DNA of 35,411 nt, from contig CAZVZC010000020.1 of NCBI GenBank assembly GCA_964631415.1, positions 1-35,411 of the forward strand, given 5' to 3'. The notes under the pieces are model-generated. The model searched no databases. It saw nothing but the letters and a program-made list of their open reading frames with translations, and was not told where the DNA came from. Below, piece by piece: positions 19,339-29,101 of the stretch. Position 1 is the first letter of the stretch. Each line of letters begins with the position of its first letter. Both the position numbers and the translations under genes were made by a program. This DNA comes from an uncultured archaeon (GTDB taxonomy: Archaea; Asgardarchaeota; Thorarchaeia; Thorarchaeales; Thorarchaeaceae).

Positions 19339-20418
19339 CTAGTATTCTCGCTCTGATACAAGATCCGCGAGAGCCTTCAGGAGTCGCTCGTTGGGGAAAC
19401 CCTGTCCTTCAAGTGCTACCTTCGCCTGTTCAACATAGTCACTCGCAGTACTTGAGGCATATTCGATAGATTCTGTTTCCTCTATCAGAAGCATCGCTTC
19501 TTCGACAAGTCCATCTGACAGCTTTGTCCGACAAGACTCACGCCTCTCTTCGCTACTGACCTCCAGCGCATGGATCAGAGGGAGGTTACTGCGAGTCCAT
19601 CTGAGGTCTGAACAGACTGACGTACCTGTGACCTCTTGTGTCGATGTGACGTCGAGGATGTCATCGCGTATTTGAAACGCTATGCCCAATGCTGCGGCAT
19701 ATCTAGAAAGCGCATCTTGCTGTGCTTGCGATCCCTTACCTATGCATGAGCCAATCTTGGCCGCAGCCTCTATGAATGCGGCAGTCTTTCGCTTCACTGT
19801 GTCCATATACTGCTCCTCGCTGAGCACCCCCTCTCTCTCGATGAGCAGGTCAAGCGTTTCTCCTTCACACATTCTGACTCCAGCAAGACCGGCATACTCA
19901 AGCAGTTCGGGGCGACCGTGTTGGCCGACCATTCGAACAGCCTGCGCGACAAGAAGATCGGCGGCCAGCGTTGCGATGTCATCACCGAACTTGCGATGGA
20001 CTGTCATGACACCGCGTCGGAAGTCGTCGTGGTCAATCATGTCGTCGCGGATCAGACTCGCAGTCTGGATGAGCTCTGTGGCTACTGCGATGGGCAGTGC
20101 ATCCTTTGTAGTTCCTCCAACGGCCTCGCAGCACAGAAGAATGAGCAGTGACCTGAGGCGTTTGCCCCCTGCCGCAATCAGGTGGTGCGCCGCCTGATAG
20201 AGCACGGCCGGCTCGCCCGTGTCAGTTGAGAGGTATTTGTTCATCGCACCATCAATCAGGTCTATACGTGCGATGATTTCGGGATGGAGGGTCGCTGACA
20301 ACGGAGGCTTTGTCTTCTCTCGTTCGGTCTCTTGCCTCACGTCGCTCTCAGAACCGGTGCAGACTGTCACTTTGGGCGGTGTTGTGCCTTTCACTGTTGT
20401 TGGGTTTCGCTTTGGCAA
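19339..20418 (-). CDS. Trans-isoprenyl diphosphate (polyprenyl) synthase family protein
   Basis: GGKRLR, first Asp-rich motif DDMID....RRG, KT, second motif FQIRDDILD. Start uncertain. Confidence 0.85.
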   Translation of the reverse strand: MPKRNPTTVKGTTPPKVTVCTGSESDVRQETEREKTKPPLSATLHPEIIARIDLIDGAMNKYLSTDTGEPAVLYQAAHHLIAAGGKRLRSLLILLCCEAVGGTTKDALPIAVATELIQTASLIRDDMIDHDDFRRGVMTVHRKFGDDIATLAADLLVAQAVRMVGQHGRPELLEYAGLAGVRMCEGETLDLLIEREGVLSEEQYMDTVKRKTAAFIEAAAKIGSCIGKGSQAQQDALSRYAAALGIAFQIRDDILDVTSTQEVTGTSVCSDLRWTRSNLPLIHALEVSSEERRESCRTKLSDGLVEEAMLLIEETESIEYASSTASDYVEQAKVALEGQGFPNERLLKALADLVSEREY

Positions 20419-20560
20419 CCCGGCATCTCCTTTCGGCTATGACTCCGGGTATATCTTTGCCATTTAGCGATTATGTTCGTCACTCGAGGGCATTTTCGGT
20501 TGTGTGGCAGTGGAGGCAGGACATCTCCGCCTGCCTCCGGCCTGTGAGCAACTAGACCTA

Positions 20561-21256
20561 CTACGTCCACCAACCGATGAAGCGTAGTACACGGTTTCCA
20601 GACTTATCCAGTCTGGGTCCTATGACTTGATCGATGCCAAGGACTCTGCCAGCTTGGAGCATTCCAACGGCAAGGAATGCAATAGAGCCTACGAAGTTGA
20701 TACCGAATGTGGAAACACTGAGCCATCCCAGTAGGAACAGGAATGTCCACTGCAAGAGGACCCCACCAAGTGCTCCAAGTCTGGTGAAGCCACCCACGAG
20801 CATAGATAGCCCAACTAGCGTTTCGCCTACTGCAATGAGAAGGAGGACAGCCGCGTAGTTCTGGAGAAGAACGCTCATGACCGCTCGCACCCATTCGCTT
20901 GGTGCAGACGCAGCTGCCAACCCGATGAGTCCTGGGCTCGCGAGATACGTTGTGTCCAGGATCTTTTCTAGGCCTCCGTGGAGGAACTCATAGGCGAGTG
21001 CCAGCCTCAGTGGCAGAAGTAGTGCACCTGTCCCTATCTTGCCTTTCCAGCCTATCCTAAGCAGGAACACTGTTGGCAGCAGGAGCAGTGCAATTGCGGC
21101 CAGTGGCGCCATATACAAGCTGAGATATGGGATTAGGAGATCACTATTCGGTTCAGACCACATCGGTACAAGTGACAGCACTATCAGTGCACTAATCACG
21201 GCATCGACGATTATTATGGACAGGACAGATGTCCACTGTTTTCTGTCAAGTTGCAT
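20561..21256 (-). CDS. DoxD/DoxX-like (TQO small subunit) membrane protein
   Basis: LRL.LAYEFLHGGLEK, GE..VGL....G.FTRL and GR..GID motifs, multiple TM helices. Confidence 0.7.
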   Translation of the reverse strand: MQLDRKQWTSVLSIIIVDAVISALIVLSLVPMWSEPNSDLLIPYLSLYMAPLAAIALLLLPTVFLLRIGWKGKIGTGALLLPLRLALAYEFLHGGLEKILDTTYLASPGLIGLAAASAPSEWVRAVMSVLLQNYAAVLLLIAVGETLVGLSMLVGGFTRLGALGGVLLQWTFLFLLGWLSVSTFGINFVGSIAFLAVGMLQAGRVLGIDQVIGPRLDKSGNRVLRFIGWWT

Positions 21257-21298
21257 GTTCGTACCCCCAAAGGGCCTGCATCTTTTAACGATAGTGAA

Positions 21299-21320
21299 CT
21301 TATAAGCATAACTATAGTTA
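21299..21320. promoter_or_regulatory. Divergent promoter region with palindromic TATA-like box and 12-bp palindrome
   Basis: CTTATAAG (21299-21306) and the perfect palindrome TAACTATAGTTA (21309-21320) lie between the divergent doxD-like and menA genes. Confidence 0.45.
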
Positions 21321-21373
21321 CCTCAGGAACCCTTTTGTCCTCGGGAGTATGCGTTCTTGGCAGGCGAATCAGC

Positions 21374-22480
21374 GTGAGCCAACCCGGCAAAACCGAAGAA
21401 ACCTCTCCAAACCAGGGTCGTTCAGGAGTCAGCGGGTCTGCCGCCGCGGAGTCAGTTAAGCGCCCAAGCAGGGCCAAGCTCTGGTTTGCTGAAATCCGTC
21501 CCCCTTTCCTCACAGCCTCGATTGTTCCAGTTGTGCTCGGCGCGGCGGTCGCTTGGGCCGAAACTCATAGCTTCCTGTGGGGCTTCTTTCTGCTGTCTCT
21601 CATCGCTGGTTGTTGTCTTCACATCGCGGCGAACGTTGCAAACGACTACTTTGACCATCTGAGCGGTACTGACGACATGAATGTGGAGTTTGTGAGGCCG
21701 TTCACGGGTGGCAGTCGAATGATCCAGCGTGGTCTCCTCTCGCCATCTGAAGTCCTAGCTGAGTCAATGGTCTTCTTTATGATTGGAGGAGCCATCGGTC
21801 TGTACCTTGCATTGACCAGAGGGATGATCATCATAGCCCTGGGACTCGCAGGAGTTGCCTCTGGTTTCTTCTACACGGCACCACCGGTGCGGCTCGTGAG
21901 TCGGGGTGTGGGCGAAGTGTTCATCGGTCTCAACTTCGGCATTCTGATGACACTTGGAGGCTATTATGTCCAGACGCAGGCGTTGTCCCTAGTGCCAATC
22001 CTGCCATCAATCCCGGTGGCGCTGCTGATAACAGCAGTCTTGTACATCAATGAGTTTCCCGATGATCGTGCGGATGAGGCTGCAGGCAAGAGGACTCTCG
22101 TGGTCCGGCTGGGAAGAAGAAGGGCATCCAAGGGCTATGCCGTGATAATGAGTGCTGTCTACTTGTCGATAGTCCTGCCTGCCATGGCTGGCTGGATGAC
22201 ATTGTACTCGTTGATAGCACTGTCGACTCTTCCTCTGAGTGCTCTGGCTGTGCGGCATGCCATGGCCTCCTACGAGAAGTCGTTCGAGCTGGTACCTGCC
22301 AATGCGTCGACTGTGTTGAGTCATCTATTGACAGGCATGTTTCTGGCGCTGGGGTATGTGTTGGACGGTTTTGTACTTCCCGCCACTTGGACGCTGGTGG
22401 TGGGCATGGTGCTGTTGGTGGTCACTCTGATGCTCAGTGCGAAGATTTACCTTCAGAAGGCTCCTCGTGAGGGACTCTGA
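21374..22480 (+). CDS. menA: 1,4-dihydroxy-2-naphthoate polyprenyltransferase (MenA/UBIAD1 family)
   Basis: RP.FL.AS, NVANDYFD..SGTD, GGSR, YTAPP, G.GE, NEFPD...D..AGKRTLVVRLG. Start uncertain; GTG at 21374 chosen. Confidence 0.88.
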   Translation: MSQPGKTEETSPNQGRSGVSGSAAAESVKRPSRAKLWFAEIRPPFLTASIVPVVLGAAVAWAETHSFLWGFFLLSLIAGCCLHIAANVANDYFDHLSGTDDMNVEFVRPFTGGSRMIQRGLLSPSEVLAESMVFFMIGGAIGLYLALTRGMIIIALGLAGVASGFFYTAPPVRLVSRGVGEVFIGLNFGILMTLGGYYVQTQALSLVPILPSIPVALLITAVLYINEFPDDRADEAAGKRTLVVRLGRRRASKGYAVIMSAVYLSIVLPAMAGWMTLYSLIALSTLPLSALAVRHAMASYEKSFELVPANASTVLSHLLTGMFLALGYVLDGFVLPATWTLVVGMVLLVVTLMLSAKIYLQKAPREGL

Positions 22481-22488
22481 GCGTCTGT

Positions 22489-23715
22489 CTAGGAATAAAC
22501 CTCACTCAGACCGTCCCAAGTAAGTCCCATTGCCTGTGCCACAATGACTGCTAGGTCCTTTACCCTCTTGCTGGATCCGCTCTGAGGGAGCTGGTCCTGC
22601 ATGAAGTCAACGCAAGAGGGACATGCCGAAATCACCCACTGGGCTTGTGTCTGCTCAATGTCTTTCAGCTTGAGCTCGTTAATGTTGAGAGCGAACTCAT
22701 TGTCTACCGCTCTCAGGACTCCACCTGAACCACAGCAGAAGCAGTTGTTTCTGTTGTGGGGCAGCTCCTCTAGCGTCAGTCCGGGCAGGTTCTCAAGCAC
22801 CTTCCTCGGTTCCTCAAAGAACCCTTCGTTGCGGCCGGCATCACAGGGATCGTGAAATGTAACGGTCATGTCAAGTGGAGTTCGCAGGTTGTTCAACTTT
22901 CCACTGTCACAAAGACGCGCGAGGTAGGCTGCGCCATACTCCACTTCGAACGGATGCTCAATGTCAAGTAACTCATGGTACTCATGAGCCCACATCTTGT
23001 AGCAGCCCGGGCAGTTGGTTATCACTCGCTCAACCCCGAGCTGCTTGTATCTCTCTATGTTGTGTTCTGCTAGAGTCTTTGCTGTAGCGAAGTCACCGGT
23101 CATGACCATTGGAGCGCCGCAGCACCACTCGTCCTGTCCAAGGATCGTGTAGTCCTCACCGATTTTGTCCATCACCAGCGTCGTTGCGATTGTCGCTTGG
23201 ATGGGGACGGCTTTGTAGGATGATGCACAGCCGAAGAAGAAAGCGGTCTTTGCCTTTCGGCCCACACTTCTTTGAAGAGAGTCCTCATCTGGGTGCCAGT
23301 ATGACCAGCCGTCTATTCTGTCGGCCTGCGCTTGACCCTGGATGTTGTTTGTCTTCAGTAGTGTGTCCTTTGCGGCCTGCAGGTTCTTGGGCCAGAGCCC
23401 TCTTCTGTAGAACTCCGCTCGCATCAGCTGGTATAGCTTGACAAACGGTATGTCCACCTGACAGACCTCTTCGCAGCCGCCACACAGGGTACAACCAAAG
23501 ATACCATCCCTGAGTCCCTCGAGACCTTCAGAGGGCTTGATACGCCCCTGCATCAGTGCCCGGGCAATGATCATCTTGCCCTTCCCAGAATAGCTGTCAA
23601 GGTGCTTCACCTTGTAGGTGGGACAGGATCCATGCCCGACCTGGCAAAAGCTGCACTGCGCACAGGTGAAAGGCATATTCTGGAGTCCGTGTTTTTCGAG
23701 CAGAGGGAATCGCAC
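22489..23715 (-). CDS. Fe-S oxidoreductase with ferredoxin and two CCG domains (GlcF/HdrD/GlpC-like)
   Basis: CAQCSFC......CP, CTLCGGCEEVC, FFGC, EWCCG, NCPGC, FHDPC, CCGSGG, ACPSC. Confidence 0.9.
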   Translation of the reverse strand: MRFPLLEKHGLQNMPFTCAQCSFCQVGHGSCPTYKVKHLDSYSGKGKMIIARALMQGRIKPSEGLEGLRDGIFGCTLCGGCEEVCQVDIPFVKLYQLMRAEFYRRGLWPKNLQAAKDTLLKTNNIQGQAQADRIDGWSYWHPDEDSLQRSVGRKAKTAFFFGCASSYKAVPIQATIATTLVMDKIGEDYTILGQDEWCCGAPMVMTGDFATAKTLAEHNIERYKQLGVERVITNCPGCYKMWAHEYHELLDIEHPFEVEYGAAYLARLCDSGKLNNLRTPLDMTVTFHDPCDAGRNEGFFEEPRKVLENLPGLTLEELPHNRNNCFCCGSGGVLRAVDNEFALNINELKLKDIEQTQAQWVISACPSCVDFMQDQLPQSGSSKRVKDLAVIVAQAMGLTWDGLSEVYS

Positions 23716-23934
23716 CGTGTTCGAACCTCTTTGGCGTCACGAGAGTGACTCTTGGGCTGCGATGTCAGCAGACGGTTCAGCCATCATTCAGCTACAAATA
23801 CCTTGGGTCTTGACTCACTGGGGCGTCGGCGGGGGTGCAGCAAGCGCCGCCTCGCTATGTTTTTATCCTATGCTCTTCCTCGGCCCTATCTGCTGGCCTT
23901 GGACACCATTGCCTGCTCAGTGGAGAATGCCTAG

Positions 23935-25875
23935 ATGACACTGAAAGGCGAGAATGCAGCTGAACTCGCTAAGATCTTCGGTAACCGGCTCGTCACTGCC
24001 AAACATGAGCTGATTGTCCACTCAATGGACGTGGGGTCACTACCGAAGCAGGTCGGCTGGCTAATGAACACAAACCCCGACGCAATGGTGCAGCCAGAGT
24101 CGGCAGAAGAAGTCCAATCGTTGTACGACTTCGCCCGTTCTCACAGAATTCCCGTGGTTCCTCGAGGGGCAGGGACATCAGGCTACGGGGGTGCCATACC
24201 ACGGAAGGGTGGTATCGTTGTCGACATGCGCAGGATGGATCGGGTCCTGAGTGTCGACAAGGAATCGATGACTGCCGTGGTGGAACCGGGCATTTCATGG
24301 GCAAACCTGCAGCTAGAGCTGAACCGTCAGGGCCTTGATCTTAGATGCTATCCTTCGTCAGCAGTGTCCGCGACCATTGGAGGCTGGGTGGCGCAGGGCG
24401 GCGATGGTATTGGCTCGCTCAAGTACGGCAACATCAATGACAACGTGGTTGAACTCGAAGTTGTTCTACCCGACGGGAAGACAGTCGTGACTAGAGACAC
24501 GGATCTGTTCTGTGACACAGAGGGGATTTTGGGCATAATCACAAAGGTCACACTCAAGGTCAAACCTCTGGTTCCAGTTCGCTCCATTGTTGTGAGCTTT
24601 CCCGAGAACTACCTGATGGTCTTCGCGATTGAGAGGATAATGAAGGATGGACCCCTGCCGTTCACCATGAGATTCGAAGAGAGCAAGTACACAGACCTCA
24701 AGAAGAAGATCTGGGAGGGCAAGGCGCCCTTCCCGTTTCCTGTGCATCACTGCGTTCTGTTGATCGCCTACGAGGGGACAGATGAAGAGATTGCTAACGG
24801 ATTCGACGTAGTCAAAGAAGTGTGTGAGGAACTGAAGGGGACTGTCTACGATGAAGGCGTCGCACTCCATGAGTGGGAAGACAGGTTCTATCCCATGAGG
24901 ATAAAGAAGATTGGCCCCACACTCGTTGTTGGACAGGCATTCGCCCCGATAGAGAACCTAGAGGCCGTTCTAGACGACTTCCAGTTTGAACAAGCTTCGG
25001 CTCATGCGGGAATCGACGGTTACGTGACATCGAAGAATGGTGTCACAATGATGGGCTACTTCCTTGAGGACGAGCGGCGTCATTTCTTCATGCTGTCTTG
25101 GTCGCAGAGTTTTGTGATCTTCAAGATTGCACAACGCCACGGAGGGCACCCTCATTCGACAGGGATCTGGCTGGCGAACTACGCACCGATATACTTCGGC
25201 ACACGTCGCCTTGGCAGGATCAGAGCCGCCAAGCTGAAACTGGACCCGCTTGAGATCTCCAACCCGGGCAAGGTGTTTGCGTACTGGCTTCCACTGATAC
25301 TCAGAATCGGCAAATACTTCATGTGGCTGGGATTCGATCTGTTCAGGAATGGATTCGGTAGGATTGCGCCTATTCTCCTAAGGTGGCTCCAGAACCTCCC
25401 ACCGATAAAGTGGCTTCTTCGCTGGGGTCGTGCCCACAGCCCTTGGCCGGTCCAGTACGGTCTCGGGTGTTGCATGGTCGATGGTGCAGCCGCGGTCGCA
25501 TCTCGCTGGGACCTTGAGAGGTTCGGCATGCTTCCACTATTTGGTCCCCGGCAGTGTGATGTGCTGTGGGTATCGGGTTCCCTGACAAAGAAGATGGCTC
25601 CTCGTCTGCGGAGGATCTATGAGCAGATGCCTGACCCCAAGTTCGTCATATCATTCGGACAGTGTGCTGCAAGCGGAGGTCTCTTCTGGGATGGATACTC
25701 GCTCGTTACTCCTCCTGACAAGGTGGTGCCAATCGATGTGTATCTACCAGGTTGTCCTCCGAAGCCTTCAGACTTTGTCAGGGCACACCTGATTCTTCAG
25801 AACAAGATTCGTGCAGGGACAACCCACTGGCAGCTGAAACATGAGAATCAAGATGCGATGGGCGTGATAAAGTAG
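23935..25875 (+). CDS. FAD-linked oxidase/dehydrogenase (GlcD-like) fused to a C-terminal NuoB-like Fe-S domain
   Basis: VPRGAGTS..GG, VEPG, ATIGG, TEG.LGIIT and K..LDP...NPGK, followed in frame by GLGCC, PRQ.D....G..TKKMAP.LRR.YEQMP.PK.VI..G.CA..GG and DVYLPGCPP. Confidence 0.9.
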   Translation: MTLKGENAAELAKIFGNRLVTAKHELIVHSMDVGSLPKQVGWLMNTNPDAMVQPESAEEVQSLYDFARSHRIPVVPRGAGTSGYGGAIPRKGGIVVDMRRMDRVLSVDKESMTAVVEPGISWANLQLELNRQGLDLRCYPSSAVSATIGGWVAQGGDGIGSLKYGNINDNVVELEVVLPDGKTVVTRDTDLFCDTEGILGIITKVTLKVKPLVPVRSIVVSFPENYLMVFAIERIMKDGPLPFTMRFEESKYTDLKKKIWEGKAPFPFPVHHCVLLIAYEGTDEEIANGFDVVKEVCEELKGTVYDEGVALHEWEDRFYPMRIKKIGPTLVVGQAFAPIENLEAVLDDFQFEQASAHAGIDGYVTSKNGVTMMGYFLEDERRHFFMLSWSQSFVIFKIAQRHGGHPHSTGIWLANYAPIYFGTRRLGRIRAAKLKLDPLEISNPGKVFAYWLPLILRIGKYFMWLGFDLFRNGFGRIAPILLRWLQNLPPIKWLLRWGRAHSPWPVQYGLGCCMVDGAAAVASRWDLERFGMLPLFGPRQCDVLWVSGSLTKKMAPRLRRIYEQMPDPKFVISFGQCAASGGLFWDGYSLVTPPDKVVPIDVYLPGCPPKPSDFVRAHLILQNKIRAGTTHWQLKHENQDAMGVIK

Positions 25876-25899
25876 CTTCGAACCACAGGAGGTCCATGA

Positions 25900-26364
25900 A
25901 TGAGCCTAAGAGAAGACAGTGACCCATACTGCATGCTTTGGATTGGCGTCGCTCTGTTCGCTGCCTACTACTTCAGTTTCGCATATCTAGGGCTCACAGT
26001 AACCGGCTATCTCAGTGCAATCGCCGCATACCTCCCTATTCTACTAGGGCTGCCGATAGTGATGGTGTTCTTGTTCACTGGCTATTTGAAGCCCCATCGA
26101 GGTCGCTACAGACCAACAGTTCTTGCTCTGTCAATTCTGGCATCACTGTTCTACTTCATCATAGCGTCGACCCTGCGGCAGGTCGGTAGTGTGACACATG
26201 ATTCAATCTTCCTCTCATCATGGGTGATTGGAGGGGCCATTCTCATCGCAGGCGCTTTTTCCGAAATCCCTCCCCTTTCAGAGAGTACTAGCCCAGGAAT
26301 GCTTGACGTCAGTTCACTTCAATACCACACCGACGAAGATGCCACCCCTAATGAGAGCAGCTGA
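25900..26364 (+). CDS. Small 4-TM membrane protein of unknown function
   Basis: GGAGG upstream, four hydrophobic segments, co-oriented 25 nt after the GlcD-NuoB gene. Confidence 0.7.
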   Translation: MSLREDSDPYCMLWIGVALFAAYYFSFAYLGLTVTGYLSAIAAYLPILLGLPIVMVFLFTGYLKPHRGRYRPTVLALSILASLFYFIIASTLRQVGSVTHDSIFLSSWVIGGAILIAGAFSEIPPLSESTSPGMLDVSSLQYHTDEDATPNESS

Positions 26365-26610
26365 GTGGACTGATCCGGCGCAGACTGAGAGTATGATGTC
26401 CCGCTCAGACGTTCAGACTGCATCGACTTCTTCTTCTCCCAGGCTAGGCGTCAAGGGCTCCCTCACTCATTCTCGGTCCAAGTCAATGAATGTTGACTCA
26501 TTGGTCAACGATGAAAGGATAATAGCCTGCCGCTGGACCATAAGAACTGGTCATAATGAACTCGATATTCCAAGCGAGAAGACGAATAACTGGAATGAGG
26601 TCGGAAACCG

Positions 26611-27390
26611 ATGGCAGCTGTTAGCATCAAGCATCTTGTGAAGAGTTATGGCAGCTTCGTTGCTGTGAATGATCTCTCGTTCGATGTACGTGAGGGCGAA
26701 GTCTATGGGCTTCTTGGACCCAATGGTGCCGGGAAGTCGACAACCTTGAAGGTCCTCATGGGCCTTTTGGATCCCGACGCAGGGACCTCCACCGTCTTTG
26801 GCATGGACTCTGGCGCGAGCCCTGTTGAAGTGAAGAAACGAGTCGGCTACGTGCCAGAGGAGCTGTCACTCTATGAGTCGCTCACAGCGAGAGAGCTCAT
26901 TGACTTTGTTGCCTCAATAAGGGGGCTCAGCCCAGAAACTGCAACAAAGCGGGCGTCCGAGATGTCAAAGGCGTTAGACTTCACTCAACAGTATGACAAG
27001 ACTGTCGTGACACTATCACATGGAAACAAGCAGAAGGTGATGTTGATCATTGCCATGCTTCACGCTCCAGACTTGCTGATTCTTGACGAGCCCTTCACAG
27101 GCCTAGATGTCCGAACTGCTCGAATCATGAAAGATGTCATCAAAATCCATGTGAAAGGGGGTGGCTCCGCCCTGCTGAGTACTCACATAATGGAAATGGC
27201 AGAGGGGCTATGCAATAGAGTAGGAATCATCGACAAAGGAGTCATGATTGCTGAGGGTACGCTGGAGGAACTGCGCAAACAAGCCCAGAGTGAGGGAGCA
27301 ACACTTGAGAAACTGTTCCTCAAGTTGACCGGCGCAGAGGAAGAGGTAGAAGAGGGCATAGAAACTCTCCGGGAGGCTTTGGGAGATTGA
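26611..27390 (+). CDS. ABC transporter ATP-binding protein (exporter type)
   Basis: GPNGAGKST, LSHGNKQK signature variant, LILDEP, STH. Confidence 0.95.
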   Translation: MAAVSIKHLVKSYGSFVAVNDLSFDVREGEVYGLLGPNGAGKSTTLKVLMGLLDPDAGTSTVFGMDSGASPVEVKKRVGYVPEELSLYESLTARELIDFVASIRGLSPETATKRASEMSKALDFTQQYDKTVVTLSHGNKQKVMLIIAMLHAPDLLILDEPFTGLDVRTARIMKDVIKIHVKGGGSALLSTHIMEMAEGLCNRVGIIDKGVMIAEGTLEELRKQAQSEGATLEKLFLKLTGAEEEVEEGIETLREALGD

Positions 27391-29027
27391 ACTTCGGCAA
27401 GAGGTGGCGCATAGCTGGAGTCGTTTCAATGGAGCTGCGCTTCCGGGGCTACCTTGATGCCAACCCAATGGGCGCTTCTCGAATCAAAGAGAACCCCGAG
27501 AGGATCATGAGGCAGATAAGAAGTTCGAATCGGATGAGCGGACTGCTCTCAGCCATGTTTATTTCACTTATTGGAGCAGTGTCTGTTGTAGGGGCCTACT
27601 TCAACAATGCCGTCGGATCATTCTACCTTCGTATGGCACTGTCCATATCCTTCTTCTTTGTCCTCACATTTGTGATTGTGTTCTTCATGAACCTCATGGC
27701 AACGACGGGATTCTTTGGAGCAAGTGCCATGCGTTTGTTGTCGATTCTGCCTTTCTCACGGGGGGATCTCGAGAACATCATCCTTCTGGCATTTGGCAGA
27801 GTCTTCATCGCTCCCGCTGTGATAATCAATGTAGTCTTTCCTCTCATCTGCCTCGCCCTGTTGGGGCCTCTTGTCGGACTCGTTGCATTGGCAGGTTGTC
27901 TGATGACCACGTCCTTTGCCATTGGAGCACTGGTCAAGGTTTCTAGGTGGTTCTACATCAAATCACACACCTCGACTGATTCTCGGGCATCGACCATCAT
28001 CCGGATAACTGCAGGTTTGGGGATTGTGGTTGGAATGTTTGCCGTCTACGGCATGATAGGAATTCTACCAACGCTGGTGCAGTCATTGGTGCAAATGTCC
28101 CTGAGCATCGGTGAGATTGCAGTATCATTGCTTGCTCTTGTGTTCCCCTTCAGTATTGGAATTCTGGCCGCGGCACTCTTACCGGGCATGGTCTTCTCGC
28201 CAATAACAATCGGGGCTGCGATTGTTTCTTCCATACTGTATGGGTTTCTCGCGCTTGTCGCTTACGTGCGCAGTGGGAACTCACTGAGATCCGTGGCCCT
28301 GGGAGGAGTGACAACAAGTGGCAAAGAGATTCTACGCGACATCAGCGTAGACATAGTCAGCCCCATAAGTGCAATAATCCGGAAGGACATGAAGCTGGCA
28401 AGTCGCAACCTCGGATCAATGGTGATCATCGTACTGCCTATCCTGATGATATTCTCGGCCTATCCTATCGTAGCATTGACAACAGAGGGGTTTCTGAGGA
28501 GTTCTTCAGCTCTGGTCGGTGCAGGATACATAACTTCGTTCACGGGAATCTCGTTCATTGGTCTCCTGTCCTTGGACTCAGAGGGTGCGTCGCTCCACGA
28601 GGGACTTCCGATAGACAGCAGAATGATACTGAGCGCGAAAGTGAGAGTCTTCACAGTGCAGTTTGCCTTGGCGATGAGTGTGCTTGTGGTCTGGTTTGCA
28701 CTGGCCAGCCCGATAACGCCGCTTCTAGTGCTACTACCGATTATCGAACTGCCCTGCGCATACGCCATTGGCTACTTGGTTGGTGCGGCAGTGTACCACA
28801 TGAGAGGAGGTGGCCGAGTCGTTGCCATCAATATCGCGGGCGACCAAGCAGTCGTCTTCCTTTCCATGGCTCTGACTGCGGCCATTGGCGCCGCCCCTCT
28901 GGGAGCATATGCATTGACCTTATTGACAACAGGCAATCACATCATGGCACTCGGTCTGCAACTAGTGGCTGTTCTGCTTGAGGTACTTGCCGCACGTTAT
29001 GCATCTCCGAGAATGCTAAAGGGCTGA
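27387..29027 (+). CDS. ABC exporter permease (12 or more TM)
   Basis: Overlaps the ATPase stop (TTGA). Highly hydrophobic, with a twofold LP..R motif and I.RKD.K...R. Confidence 0.8.
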   Translation: MNFGKRWRIAGVVSMELRFRGYLDANPMGASRIKENPERIMRQIRSSNRMSGLLSAMFISLIGAVSVVGAYFNNAVGSFYLRMALSISFFFVLTFVIVFFMNLMATTGFFGASAMRLLSILPFSRGDLENIILLAFGRVFIAPAVIINVVFPLICLALLGPLVGLVALAGCLMTTSFAIGALVKVSRWFYIKSHTSTDSRASTIIRITAGLGIVVGMFAVYGMIGILPTLVQSLVQMSLSIGEIAVSLLALVFPFSIGILAAALLPGMVFSPITIGAAIVSSILYGFLALVAYVRSGNSLRSVALGGVTTSGKEILRDISVDIVSPISAIIRKDMKLASRNLGSMVIIVLPILMIFSAYPIVALTTEGFLRSSSALVGAGYITSFTGISFIGLLSLDSEGASLHEGLPIDSRMILSAKVRVFTVQFALAMSVLVVWFALASPITPLLVLLPIIELPCAYAIGYLVGAAVYHMRGGGRVVAINIAGDQAVVFLSMALTAAIGAAPLGAYALTLLTTGNHIMALGLQLVAVLLEVLAARYASPRMLKG

Positions 29028-29101
29028 ATCTCCTGTGTCAAGTCAGTTGGCTGTGGCCAGACCGTACAGACAACTCCCACATGGGGACCAGAGTCTCTCT
29101 C

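Noticed and set aside
23820-23875. GC-rich hairpin (GGCGG...CCGCC) followed by a T-run as a riboswitch or terminator
   Set aside because: Short stem expected by chance at this GC content, no recognisable aptamer, and it lies in a divergent intergenic region.
26365-26610. Small ORF or regulatory palindrome (GTTGAC-N6-GTCAAC) before the ABC operon
   Set aside because: No convincing coding frame, and a 6-bp arm alone is insufficient evidence.
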